DNA of 32,000 nucleotides from Promethearchaeota archaeon. GTDB lineage: Archaea; Asgardarchaeota; Lokiarchaeia; Sigyniarchaeales; Promethearchaeaceae. The stretch spans positions 30,001 through 62,000 of the forward strand of contig JAFGBS010000014.1 in NCBI GenBank assembly GCA_016933055.1. The letters run 5' to 3'. Under the pieces are notes generated by a model that saw nothing but the letters and a program-made list of their open reading frames with translations, ran no database searches and was not told where the DNA came from. The number at the start of each line of letters is the position of its first letter. Within the stretch, counting starts at the first letter, position 1. The translations under genes and the position numbers were made by a program. Shown here one piece after another: positions 1 through 10,019 of the stretch.

Positions 1-257
1 GTCAATTCTGGGTTAGTGGCTTTAATTGCCATGGCAACAGCTAAGGGGCGACCATGTAATCCATTAAACATATGTCCTTTCATATATTGAGGTAGTTTAG
101 CAGCTTGTCCGATTCCCGATACAAAAACTGTTTCTTCTGGAGTTATTCCCAGTTCTGTTAAGGCTTCTTTCAATGTTTTATGCAAAGTGAAGTTACCACA
201 ACCTGGACACCAAGCGATCTCTTCGGTGTTGTAATCAAAAGGATTTCCCATTATCAT
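1..257 (-). CDS. 2-oxoacid:ferredoxin oxidoreductase beta subunit (5' part, runs off the window edge)
   Basis: Not in the ORF track. Manual translation of the minus strand gives MIMGNPFDYNTEEIAWCPGCGNFTLHKTLKEAL...VSGIGQAAKLPQYMKGHMFNGLHGRPLAVAMAIKATNPEL. WCPGCG, SGIG and HGR are OFOR-beta motifs. The ATG at 257 overlaps the alpha stop (ATGA). An alternative ATG at 251 is better spaced from the GGAGG at 261-265. Confidence 0.93.
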   Translation of the reverse strand, partial: MIMGNPFDYNTEEIAWCPGCGNFTLHKTLKEALTELGITPEETVFVSGIGQAAKLPQYMKGHMFNGLHGRPLAVAMAIKATNPEL

Positions 258-1975
258 TTTCCTCCTTTTATTTTAGATCGAATAAAGGATATGACTTCTT
301 CCACGGAAAAAGGTTCTCCATTGGATTTCAAGTAGACTCGATTTTTTTTAATATCAATGTCTGTATATAATTTTAGGAGTTTAAGGAATTGTCCCGTTGC
401 ATTTCCCTCAATCAATAGTAAATTTTTGGCTTCATGAAGAACTGATTTTGTATTTTTGGGCACAGGAAATACTTGAGAAAAATGAACTCCTGCGATTTGG
501 GAATCATTCAACTCTTCCAACGCCTCTTTTACAATTAAGTAACTCGATCCCCAACAGATTACTAAGGTATCAAATTCTTCACTTCCAAAAGGTTCCAATG
601 GAATTGGAGGTTCTATTTGCGAAATGGTTAACCCTTTCTTATAAATACGTTTATCGATCATTTTCTCCCGTACACCTCGTAAGTCTTCGGTAATATGCCC
701 CCATTCATCGTGTTCATCACTATCTATTCTCACAAAACCTTCTCCAAATCCAGGAACTCCACGAGGAGATATGCCATTTTTTGTATATACATACCTTTTA
801 TACTCCGAATCCGTCTCTATAAAAGCATGTCTAATCCCAATAATGTTCATATCTTCCGGAGGGACATTATAATACGAATCTACCAGATATTGATCCGTTA
901 GGATGAACACAGGAATTTGTAATGCATCTGCAAGATTAAATGCATGTTGGGTGAGAAAAAATGCTTGTTCTATTGATCCGGGAGCAAAAATGATGCGGTG
1001 AAATTCTCCATGACCTGCATTCAATGCTAGATTTAGATCTCCTTGAGCGGTTCTTGTAGGTAATCCCGTTGCTGGTCCCGGTCTTTGCGCTAAATGAATT
1101 ACTAAGGGAGATTCGATCATTCCTGTCAAAGATAACCCCTCACTCATTAGTGAAAATCCCCCACCTGAAGTAGATGCTATTCCTCTCGCTCCTGTATACC
1201 ATGCTCCGATTGCTTTATTAATCGCTGCGATTTCATCTTCGGCTTGATCAACAACGATATCAAATTTTCTGGAATGTTGGGCAAGAAATACCAGTGTTCC
1301 AGTCGATGGGCTCATGGGATAAGCGGAAATAAAATTGCATCCACCCGCAATTGCACCTAATCCTACTGATTGATTCCCGTCTAATAGAATCTCATTTATG
1401 ACATTTGGTTCCTTTTCCATCTCGGGTATTATATCTTTAAGTGTTTCACCCTTTTTATGACCTCTATTAAAGGAATTAATATTTTTATTTAAGATCAACT
1501 CTCCTTTTGTTTCAAACCGTTGTTTGATAAACTGCAGTGCACTTTTTTCAGGAATTCTGAAAATTCCAGATAGGACACCTACTGCAAATACATTCATAAA
1601 TTTTGAACCAATTTCCTTTTTAATTTTCGTAAAAGGAACCGCAATGCATTGGTAATCAGGGTATTCTCTCTGGTTAATTAAATCGGGATCTGTGAGAATT
1701 ATTGTAGATTTAGATAAACGATGTTGTACATGCTCAATTGCATTTTTATGTAAAGGGATAAGTAAATCAATCCGGTCAACATAAGCTCGTACCCTCTTCT
1801 TTCCCGATCCAATGCGCAATTCTGTCGAATTCATACCACCTCTCACTCGACTCATATACTCTTTCGTAGCGTAGACATTATATCCCGTCATTTTAAAGAG
1901 ATTTACCATGAATTGTTCCACAGTTTGAATGCCTTGTCCTGCTGCGCCGACAAGTACAATAGATAAATCATCCAT
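254..1975 (-). CDS. 2-oxoacid:acceptor oxidoreductase alpha subunit (gamma domain fused at the N-terminus)
   Basis: N-terminal GAAGQGIQT and EYMSRVRGG gamma-domain motifs, then YPMSPST, QAEDEIAA, TSGGGFSLMSE, QRPGPATGLPT and SDEHDE. Directly upstream of the beta subunit. Confidence 0.95.
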   Translation of the reverse strand: MDDLSIVLVGAAGQGIQTVEQFMVNLFKMTGYNVYATKEYMSRVRGGMNSTELRIGSGKKRVRAYVDRIDLLIPLHKNAIEHVQHRLSKSTIILTDPDLINQREYPDYQCIAVPFTKIKKEIGSKFMNVFAVGVLSGIFRIPEKSALQFIKQRFETKGELILNKNINSFNRGHKKGETLKDIIPEMEKEPNVINEILLDGNQSVGLGAIAGGCNFISAYPMSPSTGTLVFLAQHSRKFDIVVDQAEDEIAAINKAIGAWYTGARGIASTSGGGFSLMSEGLSLTGMIESPLVIHLAQRPGPATGLPTRTAQGDLNLALNAGHGEFHRIIFAPGSIEQAFFLTQHAFNLADALQIPVFILTDQYLVDSYYNVPPEDMNIIGIRHAFIETDSEYKRYVYTKNGISPRGVPGFGEGFVRIDSDEHDEWGHITEDLRGVREKMIDKRIYKKGLTISQIEPPIPLEPFGSEEFDTLVICWGSSYLIVKEALEELNDSQIAGVHFSQVFPVPKNTKSVLHEAKNLLLIEGNATGQFLKLLKLYTDIDIKKNRVYLKSNGEPFSVEEVISFIRSKIKGGK

Positions 1976-2041
1976 TTGGGTTTCACATCATAGTTTTGAT
2001 ATGTGGTACATTTATTTCGAATCAATTTAAAGATAAGACTA

Positions 2042-3223
2042 ATGAAATTAAATTTTAGTGTGCCCAACTATGCAAATGGAAGTCTAGTAAATCTAATGAG
2101 TACAATTATGCATCATTTCGGCGGGAAATCGTTATACAGTCCACTCAAATCACTGCCAGTGTCCCAATTGAATGAAATGGATAATATTGTCCTGATTACG
2201 ATAGATGGATTAGGGTATAATTATTTTACTCAAAATGCATCTTCCTTGAAGTTTCCCATAACAAATTATCTTCACGCAAAAATCACATCAGTTTTTCCCT
2301 CTACTACCGCTGCTGCGATGACCACCATTTATACAGGAGTTGCCCCTAAAAATCATGGATGTCTTGCATGGTTTACTTATCTAAAGGAACTCGGTGTAAT
2401 TTCTACTATTCCTCCCCTTAAGAGAAGGCACTATGATGATCTAGTTACCACTAAATATATTAAAGCAACGGATATCTTGCAGTTCCAATCAATATTCACA
2501 AAACTTCCAAACATTGAGGGATATTTTGTAATATCCGAGAAATTGAAAGATACACCCTATGATAGTGTAGTATCTCAAGGGGCTAGATCAATAGGTTTTA
2601 CCAATTTCTCTGATTCCATAAATCAGATTTATAAAATTCTGCAAACTGATAATGCCAAAAAAAAATTCATTTTGCATTATTGGGATGGTTTCGATGCAAA
2701 GTGTCACACCGATGGAATCTCAAACTCAGTCCCTCATTTTGTTGATTTATTTACAGAAATTCACTTTTTATTTAAGAAGATAACTCAATTAAAGAAGAAA
2801 ACAGCTGTAATCGTCACTGCAGACCATGGGATGGTTGATGTTCCAGAAAACAAAGTCATCTATTTAAAAGATCATGATAAACTAGAAGAAACCTTAACTC
2901 TGCCTTTATGTGGTGAGGGACGAGTTCCCTTCTGCTATGTCCGTGCACCTTATAAGAAGCAGTTCGAATCTTATATAAATAAAGAATTTCAGGAGTATTG
3001 TGATCTACTAACTATGGAGGACCTATTAAATATGGAATTGTTTGGATTAAGTGAATCACATCCGCGTTTTAAGTACAGAATTCCAGATTATTGTTTATTA
3101 ATGAAGGAGAATTATATACTTGTTGACAATATGCTAAAAGAAAACAGATTTCAGTTAAAAGCAGTGCATGGTGGCTTATCAGACGAGGAATTATACGTTC
3201 CTCTTATAGTGTTTAAGAATTAA
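2042..3223 (+). CDS. Alkaline phosphatase superfamily protein (nucleotide pyrophosphatase/phosphodiesterase-like)
   Basis: IDGLG metal ligand, FPSTTAAA nucleophile motif, TADHG and C-terminal HGGLS. The ORF track starts at 2003; the ATG at 2042 is the likelier start. Confidence 0.85.
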   Translation: MKLNFSVPNYANGSLVNLMSTIMHHFGGKSLYSPLKSLPVSQLNEMDNIVLITIDGLGYNYFTQNASSLKFPITNYLHAKITSVFPSTTAAAMTTIYTGVAPKNHGCLAWFTYLKELGVISTIPPLKRRHYDDLVTTKYIKATDILQFQSIFTKLPNIEGYFVISEKLKDTPYDSVVSQGARSIGFTNFSDSINQIYKILQTDNAKKKFILHYWDGFDAKCHTDGISNSVPHFVDLFTEIHFLFKKITQLKKKTAVIVTADHGMVDVPENKVIYLKDHDKLEETLTLPLCGEGRVPFCYVRAPYKKQFESYINKEFQEYCDLLTMEDLLNMELFGLSESHPRFKYRIPDYCLLMKENYILVDNMLKENRFQLKAVHGGLSDEELYVPLIVFKN

Positions 3224-4032
3224 AGGGTGCGAGTCCAGAAAACTAAACCAAGTTCTAAAAGTAATCTCTGAACTCCAAATATTACTGCAACTGTCACTGT
3301 GTATGCCCCAAGAATCAATAATACCGATTTCCATAGAATTAGTTCCCGATTTTTTGGAACCTTCCCCATTCGAGGGAAAAAAAACCCTGTTGTTGATCGA
3401 TATTCGAGATAATCTTCTCCTATTTTTGTAATTAATATTTTTTCTTCTATTAGAGAGGATATCGACATGAGTGCTACGATTAGAATCCAAGATAAAATCT
3501 CTCCTAAGCGAATTCCGGGGTCAATGTGAAATGGAAATGCAAGTGGAATAGGTACATAGAGAGTAAAGGGAAAAATCATTAGTAAAATCCCAAGATTTTG
3601 GGGGTGACGTATATATCGATATATTCCGTCTTTGACCAGTTTTTCTTTTTTAATTCTTCCTTTTACCATGTATATAAGCCCCAGAATGAAGATGATAAAC
3701 CCACTAACAAAAAAAATAGCTTCAATAATATAAAGAGGAATATACACGTTGGGTTCACTATAATTTATCATAAGATAACTATTTGCCCAGGTATTATGTC
3801 CCCAAGAGGCAAAAAGAAGCCAAGATGAAAAAACTAATGGCGCGATATAGATCATTGGGAGAAGAATACCCGCAATCAATCCGATAAAACTCCATACCAT
3901 TCCAAATACTGTGGATATTTGCTCAATAATAAGCTTTCGTTTCTCCTTATTCATGTGTATGAGATTCAAAATCAATTTATAAATTCTTAGGACCAGTTTT
4001 TGAACAGAATTGTGATAGTGTTTTTCAAACAT
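3220..4032 (-). CDS. Isoprenylcysteine carboxyl methyltransferase / PEMT family membrane protein
   Basis: Several hydrophobic TM segments, GIYRYIRHPQNLG motif, and EEKIL...GEDYLEYRSTTGFFFP tail typical of the ICMT/PEMT family. The true start may be the ATG at 3954. Confidence 0.72.
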   Translation of the reverse strand: MFEKHYHNSVQKLVLRIYKLILNLIHMNKEKRKLIIEQISTVFGMVWSFIGLIAGILLPMIYIAPLVFSSWLLFASWGHNTWANSYLMINYSEPNVYIPLYIIEAIFFVSGFIIFILGLIYMVKGRIKKEKLVKDGIYRYIRHPQNLGILLMIFPFTLYVPIPLAFPFHIDPGIRLGEILSWILIVALMSISSLIEEKILITKIGEDYLEYRSTTGFFFPRMGKVPKNRELILWKSVLLILGAYTVTVAVIFGVQRLLLELGLVFWTRTL

Positions 4033-4055
4033 GAGAGAATAACACTAGGTATTCT

Positions 4056-5486
4056 ATGGATACCTTTACTTCATCCCAAAATACTTTAAAATCCTCCGGA
4101 ATTGCCTCCACTTGGCCCCTATTATTAACTACTGCAATAGTGTCAACCAATTTCTCCATTATCGTTGTAAATATGCCATTTTTATCTACTTTGATCTGGC
4201 CCGGAGATCCATTTCACGCGGTGGAAATGGGGGGAGTGATTGCTATAAAAACTTGGATATTAGCTTTGTCAGGAATACTCTTTGGAACCTTTGCGGATAG
4301 ATTTTCTCGAAAACATCAATTTTTTTTTAGTACGGTATTATTAGGACTGAGTTATGTAGGAAATGGCTTCATTCCAGAAGGACAAGGTAATGTTAGCTAT
4401 CTTTTGTTGATGATATGCCAAGGAGTCGCGGGATTCGCCGTTGGAGCACGAAACCCTCTTATGCAGAGTTACATTAATGATAAGGTAGAAGTTTCTCACC
4501 GATCTCAGTTTTTTGGAATTGATATGGCTTTGCAGCAATTTTTTATGGTGTTAGGAATGATTCTATCTACATTTATATTCCAATGGGGGTATTGGAGGTG
4601 GCTCTTTTGGGGAATTGGTTTCTTGATAATTATTGGAGGAATTTTTATTTATTTCTTTATTGAGGAGCCAAAACGAGGAAGTAAAATGAAGCACTTGAAG
4701 GGTGTTTTAACTCAAGGAACCACACAATATAATTACAGAATTAACAAACAGACTTTAAAATCAACAATGCTATCCCGTACGAATATAATTGCATTGGTCG
4801 AGGGAATTTCCACGCGAATGGCAATTGGAATGACCTTATTTCTCATTATTAACTATATGCAATTAGAAAAAAATATTGCAGCTTCTTCAACCGGAATTTT
4901 TATGAGTCTTTTTGGATTACCGGGTGCTTTAGTTGGAAATTTAGCATTTGCACGGTTATCCGATCGGTTAGGGCGAAAAGATTTAAGATATCGAACTTAT
5001 CTTATCGCATTCTCTATTCTATTCTTGGAGGGATGTTTCGCTTTAATCTTTTTTCTCCCTTTACCTGTATTAACCATAGATCAAGGATTAAATTTTAGAT
5101 TTCTTATGTCAAATACCATCTTTTGGATTTTAGGAATTTTATTATTTGGACAAAGGATGGTTCAAGGTATTTATTGGATTAATCAATCCCCTATTCTACA
5201 AAAGATCAATCTACCAGAAGCGCAAGGAAAAATCACAGCATGGAACCAATTTCTAGAGAGAATAGGGAATGGAATCGGACCTTTATTTGCTGGTGCATTA
5301 TTGATGTGGACAGCAAATAATTTTCAAATTACTGCACTGGTCTGTATACTCGTTGGATTACCCGGTACTATTGTTTGGTTGATTGCGAACAAGACAATAA
5401 CCCAAGATGTTCAAACGATAGAAGATATATTGGAATCTCGCGCAAGCGAATTGGTTAGTAAGGAGAATGAGGATAGAATTATTTAA
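4056..5486 (+). CDS. MFS transporter
   Basis: About 12 hydrophobic segments. MFS motif A appears in both halves (GTFADRFSRK; ARLSDRLGRK). Confidence 0.9.
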   Translation: MDTFTSSQNTLKSSGIASTWPLLLTTAIVSTNFSIIVVNMPFLSTLIWPGDPFHAVEMGGVIAIKTWILALSGILFGTFADRFSRKHQFFFSTVLLGLSYVGNGFIPEGQGNVSYLLLMICQGVAGFAVGARNPLMQSYINDKVEVSHRSQFFGIDMALQQFFMVLGMILSTFIFQWGYWRWLFWGIGFLIIIGGIFIYFFIEEPKRGSKMKHLKGVLTQGTTQYNYRINKQTLKSTMLSRTNIIALVEGISTRMAIGMTLFLIINYMQLEKNIAASSTGIFMSLFGLPGALVGNLAFARLSDRLGRKDLRYRTYLIAFSILFLEGCFALIFFLPLPVLTIDQGLNFRFLMSNTIFWILGILLFGQRMVQGIYWINQSPILQKINLPEAQGKITAWNQFLERIGNGIGPLFAGALLMWTANNFQITALVCILVGLPGTIVWLIANKTITQDVQTIEDILESRASELVSKENEDRII

Positions 5487-6405
5487 AGACGCCCATAACT
5501 AGCCCAATAATGGCTTTACGCATCATTAATCCATAATAAGTTTGTTTAAAATAAATTGCATGAGGACTATCATCGACTTGCGAACTAATTTCATTAACAC
5601 GTGGAAGGGGATGCATAATTTTCGCATTTGGTTTTAGAAGATCTAAGTACTCCTTTTCGAACTTGAAAGTATCCTTAACTGACTCATATTCTTCAGGATC
5701 GGGAAAGCGTTCTTTTTGGATCCGTGTCATGTATATCACATCCAATTTTGGTAAAGCTTCTATAAAATTGGTGGTTTCCTTAATTTTAACATTCCCTTTT
5801 CCTTGGATATAATCCATGACTCTATTTTGCATTTTTAAACTATGAGGACTTATGAGAAAGAGATTGATATCATAATTCGCTAAAAGATATGTCAAAGAAT
5901 GCACAGTCCTTCCAAACTTGAGGTCACCTATCAAACCGATATTCAAACCGTCAATTTTACCACACTCTTGCTGAATTGTCAATAAATCTAGTAAGGATTG
6001 GGTAGGATGCTCCCCGCTTCCACTTCCTGCATTTATAACGGGAATTTCAGTACATCTCGCTGCGAAGGTTGCAGCTCCATCATTATTATGACGTAAAACT
6101 ATCAAATCAGAATAATGAGCGACTGTCCGAATAGTATCTGCAAGAGTTTCCCCTTTTTTGACTGATGACACACTGGATGAGGAGAATCCAATTACGGTAC
6201 CCCCTAAACGATGCATTGCACTTTCAAAGGACAGACGTGTACGTGTGGAAGGTTCATAAAAAAGAGTAGCCATGATGGTCCCTTGCATAGATTTAGCATA
6301 GTTTCCCTTGTCATTCTCTATTTTTATTGCCCAATTTAAGATATACTCAAGTTCTTCTCGTGAGAACTGTTTTGCACTGATTATATCTTTCCTTTCTAGT
6401 GACAT
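5479..6405 (-). CDS. pyrB: Aspartate carbamoyltransferase catalytic subunit
   Basis: FYEPSTRTRLSFE, HPTQSLLD, GDLKFGRTVHSL, YMTRIQKERF and HPLPR motifs. Confidence 0.97.
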   Translation of the reverse strand: MSLERKDIISAKQFSREELEYILNWAIKIENDKGNYAKSMQGTIMATLFYEPSTRTRLSFESAMHRLGGTVIGFSSSSVSSVKKGETLADTIRTVAHYSDLIVLRHNNDGAATFAARCTEIPVINAGSGSGEHPTQSLLDLLTIQQECGKIDGLNIGLIGDLKFGRTVHSLTYLLANYDINLFLISPHSLKMQNRVMDYIQGKGNVKIKETTNFIEALPKLDVIYMTRIQKERFPDPEEYESVKDTFKFEKEYLDLLKPNAKIMHPLPRVNEISSQVDDSPHAIYFKQTYYGLMMRKAIIGLVMGVFK

Positions 6406-6568
6406 TATGTTCTTATCATCTATCTTTATATGAAAACTTTCACTACCTAGTTTATTCGGGTGTTATTAATAAAAGCCTGAGAAAAAGGATCTAACGAATC
6501 AAACGAAAAAATTTTTAATTTATGCAGAGTACCACATTTTATTCGCGAAACAGATCACTGTAGGAATA

Positions 6569-6862
6569 GTGCCGCTTGAAATGAAAGTACCGAAAAAAAC
6601 TATGTCTTTATGTCCTCGTTGTAAGAAACATACGGAATTCACGATTTCCATCTACAAAAAGGGAAAGAAAAGAACGTTAGCAGAGGGTCAAAGACGTTAT
6701 GAACGAAAGAAAAGGGGATATGGAAGCCAACCAAAAGAAGTATTCCGAAAAAATGCAAAAGTAAACAAGAAAACTACCCCTCTTTTAACATGTAGTGAAT
6801 GTGGGTATAAAAAGTATGGAAGACCACAGAAAGTTAAGAAATATGAAATAATCACAAATTAG
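6569..6862 (+). CDS. rpl44e: 50S ribosomal protein L44e (eL42)
   Basis: MKVPK...CPRCKKHT, GQRRYERKKRGYGSQPK and CSECG zinc ligands. The start may be the ATG at 6581. Confidence 0.95.
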   Translation: MPLEMKVPKKTMSLCPRCKKHTEFTISIYKKGKKRTLAEGQRRYERKKRGYGSQPKEVFRKNAKVNKKTTPLLTCSECGYKKYGRPQKVKKYEIITN

Positions 6863-7065
6863 TGAACCTTATGAGCCAAAAAGAACTCGTACCTAAACCT
6901 AAAAGTCGTTTTTTAAAAATTGTGTGTCTTAATTGTGGATCTACGCAAATTGTTTTTGGATGTTCCTCTACCGAAGTTAAATGTCAGACTTGTCAAAAAG
7001 TGCTTGTACAACCTACTGGTGGTAAAAGTAGAATTTTAACTAAAATCTCTGACGTGTTAACCTAA
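6862..7065 (+). CDS. rps27e: 30S ribosomal protein S27e (eS27)
   Basis: PKSRFLKIVCLNCG...VKCQTCQKVLVQPTGGKS. Overlaps the rpl44e stop, the conserved archaeal gene pairing. Confidence 0.95.
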   Translation: MNLMSQKELVPKPKSRFLKIVCLNCGSTQIVFGCSSTEVKCQTCQKVLVQPTGGKSRILTKISDVLT

Positions 7066-7083
7066 TTTTTCTTTGTGAGGATT

Positions 7084-7422
7084 ATGGTACAATTCTGTCC
7101 AAATTGCGAAAATATGCTTAGAAACCGCAAGGAGGAGGATGGTAAAATTTTTCTTATCTGTCCTTCTTGTGGATATAAGCTAGAGGTTTCCAGAGAAAGA
7201 GAGACGAAAAAACCATTACCTTATCAAAAAAGAAATCTTATCAAGAAGACTGTTATTCTAGAAGACATTAATATCGTTGAAAATCCTACCACCGAAGTGT
7301 TATGCCCAAAATGTGGTTATACCAAAGCTGAATATTTTCAACAGCAAACTAGGTCAGCAGATGAACCACCAACAACTTTTTTCCGTTGTTTGAAATGTGA
7401 TCACCGTTGGCGAGAATATTAA
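7084..7422 (+). CDS. tfs: Transcription factor S (TFS / RpoM family)
   Basis: Two zinc ribbons (FCPNC...CPSCG; CPKCG...CLKC) and the acidic hairpin QTRSADEPPTTFF. The ATG at 7084 follows a GTGAGG SD-like sequence; the track start is 7075. Confidence 0.93.
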   Translation: MVQFCPNCENMLRNRKEEDGKIFLICPSCGYKLEVSRERETKKPLPYQKRNLIKKTVILEDINIVENPTTEVLCPKCGYTKAEYFQQQTRSADEPPTTFFRCLKCDHRWREY

Positions 7423-7509
7423 TTGTAGGAATTTATTTTTACCAACCGAGGATTACACTCAAGATATTTCTAGAATATATTTAAACAAGAAAGATGTGGT
7501 ACTGATAAC

Positions 7510-7839
7510 ATGGAGTTCAATGATACTACCTATAAAGCACAAGTGATTGCAGATCTATCCAACCAAGATCACTTTATCCAATTGATTGGGGTAGTGCAAG
7601 ATTGGAAAAATGGCTCAAAATTTACCTTAAAAGATGAATCGGGAGAGATATCTATTGAAGTCCCAACTGACGAACCAATCTTCCTGATTTTAAAAGATGA
7701 GATGATCGTCAAGGTATTCGGTATTGTTTCTGAAACCCTTGAGTCTGTTAAGGCTGAAATCATTTCAGATTATTCGGGGATGGATCTGGAGATTTTAAAA
7801 AAAACACGAAAATTGCGTAAACAATTTCTGCAAGATTAA
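7510..7839 (+). CDS. Single OB-fold protein, RPA3/RPA14-like replication protein A small subunit
   Basis: OB-fold pattern IQLIGVV / FTLKDESGEISIE / IVKVFGIV, followed by AEIISDYSGMDLEILKKTRKL. This resembles the C-terminal trimerisation helix of Thermococcales Rpa3 and eukaryotic RPA14 as I recall them. Lies in a replication gene cluster. Confidence 0.65.
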   Translation: MEFNDTTYKAQVIADLSNQDHFIQLIGVVQDWKNGSKFTLKDESGEISIEVPTDEPIFLILKDEMIVKVFGIVSETLESVKAEIISDYSGMDLEILKKTRKLRKQFLQD

Positions 7840-7970
7840 AACTCAATATTTTTGTAAACTCTCACTATTTTTATGGAAAAAATACAAGATACCAACACAT
7901 TAACAAGGTAATTTTTAAAATCACGCATTATTCATAGTCTATACTATAAGACTAAAACTTGGAGATAATT

Positions 7971-8759
7971 ATGTTCGAATTAACTATGAATGATTCACGA
8001 GCAATACAAGGTGTATTTGATGCTGTTGCAGCTATCATTGATGAGACCGAGATTAATTTCAATCCCAATGGCATAAGCCTAACGTCAATTGATGCAGGAC
8101 GAGTATGTTTAATCAGTTTGAATTTGGATAAGGAAGATTTTGATGCCTATAAGTGCGATAAAGAGGAAAAAATCGGGTTAAATATTGAAGATCTGGTTAA
8201 GATATTAAAACGAAGTTCAGTGAATGACAGCATCGTATTCCAATATGCAGATACTTCGAATAAATTGGTTATTTTAATGCAAAGTAGTGAGGGAAAGAAA
8301 ATCAGGAAATTCTCCATTACTTTAAAGGATATCAGTATGCCCCCTATTAAACCCGAATCTCTGGAGAAAATATCCTATAATAACAGCGTATCTCTCCCTA
8401 TCGGATATTTACAAGAAGCGATTAAAGATGCAGACATATATAATGATACTGTAATTATCCGTATGAATGATCAAAGTCTCGTGTTTCGATCCGAAGGCAA
8501 TGTTGGGGATACGGAATGTATTATGGATAAAGAAGATACTATGTTAACGAACTTCGTTGCATCCGATGATGCTGAGGGTACTTTTGCATTAAAATTTCTC
8601 AATCATATGTTAAAAGTTAGCTCAGTACCTAATGTAACTCAAGTAGAAGTATCTGTGAGTACGGATCAACCATTAAAAGCTTCATTCAATATTATGGGAG
8701 CAAGTTCGATAAAATATTATCTTGCTCCAAGAATTGAAGATGAGGATGAAGAATATTAG
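7971..8759 (+). CDS. pcn: Proliferating cell nuclear antigen (DNA sliding clamp)
   Basis: SIDAGRVCLISLNL, IGLNIEDLVKILK and KYYLAPRIEDE motifs. The ATG at 7971 is preceded by GGAG at 7961; the track start is a TTG at 7959. Confidence 0.96.
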   Translation: MFELTMNDSRAIQGVFDAVAAIIDETEINFNPNGISLTSIDAGRVCLISLNLDKEDFDAYKCDKEEKIGLNIEDLVKILKRSSVNDSIVFQYADTSNKLVILMQSSEGKKIRKFSITLKDISMPPIKPESLEKISYNNSVSLPIGYLQEAIKDADIYNDTVIIRMNDQSLVFRSEGNVGDTECIMDKEDTMLTNFVASDDAEGTFALKFLNHMLKVSSVPNVTQVEVSVSTDQPLKASFNIMGASSIKYYLAPRIEDEDEEY

Positions 8760-8837
8760 ATCTTAGAATCTATTATTCTCCCATTCTTTTTCAATTCCAT
8801 TTCGTAAGAAACATCATCATTGTAATTAGCTGAGTCT

Positions 8838-10019
8838 ATGTCATATTATAATGCATATGGTCTAGTGTACAAATATCCTTGGCTGGAAGGGGGCCGGGAG
8901 ATGTTTGATCCCATTGTAGAGAGCGAATCTGCAGAACCACTTGTAGATTACTATAACCGGTTATTCTCGGATTATTTTTCTATATACCCTGAATTGTATC
9001 AAAAATTATTAGATGTTTTTATTTTCGCATTAGATAAAAAAGAATCTGGCATAGTTCTCACTGATGATAAATTAAATATTATCCTATTTTACACGGTCAA
9101 AACCTTATTGACTGCATTTGACAACCGCATTTTAGACAATCATGTTGCCAATTTATTATCAAAATTATATCATAAACGTTTATTGCAAGAGAATCCCCAA
9201 GATCTTGTCATAATTAGTAAAAAAATGGGACTCCCTTGTCATTTTGATCGGAAGGGAAAGGATTTTGGTGGTGTGATACATCACTTTTGGGTAGAAATAC
9301 ACCAATATGTTCCTATTGCTGCATTATTACGTGATTCTAATTATCAACTTATTAACAGAATGGTCCAGAATGGAAAAGTATTCCTGATCAAGGATCATAT
9401 GGCACGTTTATTACAAGAAGTTGCACGTCGTGAGATCATCCCTGATCATCAAGGAATTAGTGGGGAATTATTAACATTATTAAAAAAAATCAATCCCATA
9501 TCAGCAATTATTAATGAAATAGCGATAATTATCGAAGAAAAGAAATATTCTCAAAGTCCGTATGAGAAAACTAATGTATACGAAAATATGGTATATGTAT
9601 TATATCCTCCTTGTATTAAATTCATTCTCAATAAAGCAACTAATGGTGTAAATTTAACACATAGCGAACGACTTCATATTGCATTCTTCTATGCAAATAC
9701 TAATCATACAGTTGAAGAAACTGTAGATGTATTTCGTACACTACCAGATTTTGATGAAAAAATCGCTCGGTATAATATAGAATTTTCTAGGGGAATTGGA
9801 GGAAAAGGGAAAAAATATTCCGTGTATAGTTGTGCAAAATTAAAAAGCATTAAGTTGTGTAAAGCAACAGATAAAGAATATGGCGATCCCATATGTGCAG
9901 AAGGAGTGTATAGAAAGGGGCACGGAGATACCAAAGTTCCAATAAAGAATCCGAAGGATTTCGTGTTTTGGAAAAACGTAGAGATTCAAAGAAAATTACA
10001 AAACATACCAAAGAAGTGA
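8838..10019 (+). CDS. priL: DNA primase large subunit with C-terminal 4Fe-4S domain
   Basis: YPPCI, LTHSERLHIAFFY, PDFDEKIARYNI, YSVYSCAKL and LC...C Fe-S ligand pattern. Lies upstream of priS. Confidence 0.9.
   Translation: MSYYNAYGLVYKYPWLEGGREMFDPIVESESAEPLVDYYNRLFSDYFSIYPELYQKLLDVFIFALDKKESGIVLTDDKLNIILFYTVKTLLTAFDNRILDNHVANLLSKLYHKRLLQENPQDLVIISKKMGLPCHFDRKGKDFGGVIHHFWVEIHQYVPIAALLRDSNYQLINRMVQNGKVFLIKDHMARLLQEVARREIIPDHQGISGELLTLLKKINPISAIINEIAIIIEEKKYSQSPYEKTNVYENMVYVLYPPCIKFILNKATNGVNLTHSERLHIAFFYANTNHTVEETVDVFRTLPDFDEKIARYNIEFSRGIGGKGKKYSVYSCAKLKSIKLCKATDKEYGDPICAEGVYRKGHGDTKVPIKNPKDFVFWKNVEIQRKLQNIPKK

Noticed and set aside
397-901. Track ORFs 397-693 and 695-901 (+)
   Set aside because: Antisense shadows of the OFOR alpha gene, with no motifs.
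3220-4032. ICMT-like protein as evidence of GTPase prenylation
   Set aside because: The family is widespread in prokaryotes, and neither GTPase in the window has a C-terminal Cys/CaaX motif.
3191-4538. Track ORFs 3191-3490, 3598-3828, 4112-4300 and 4341-4538
   Set aside because: Alternative-frame or antisense overlaps of well-supported genes.
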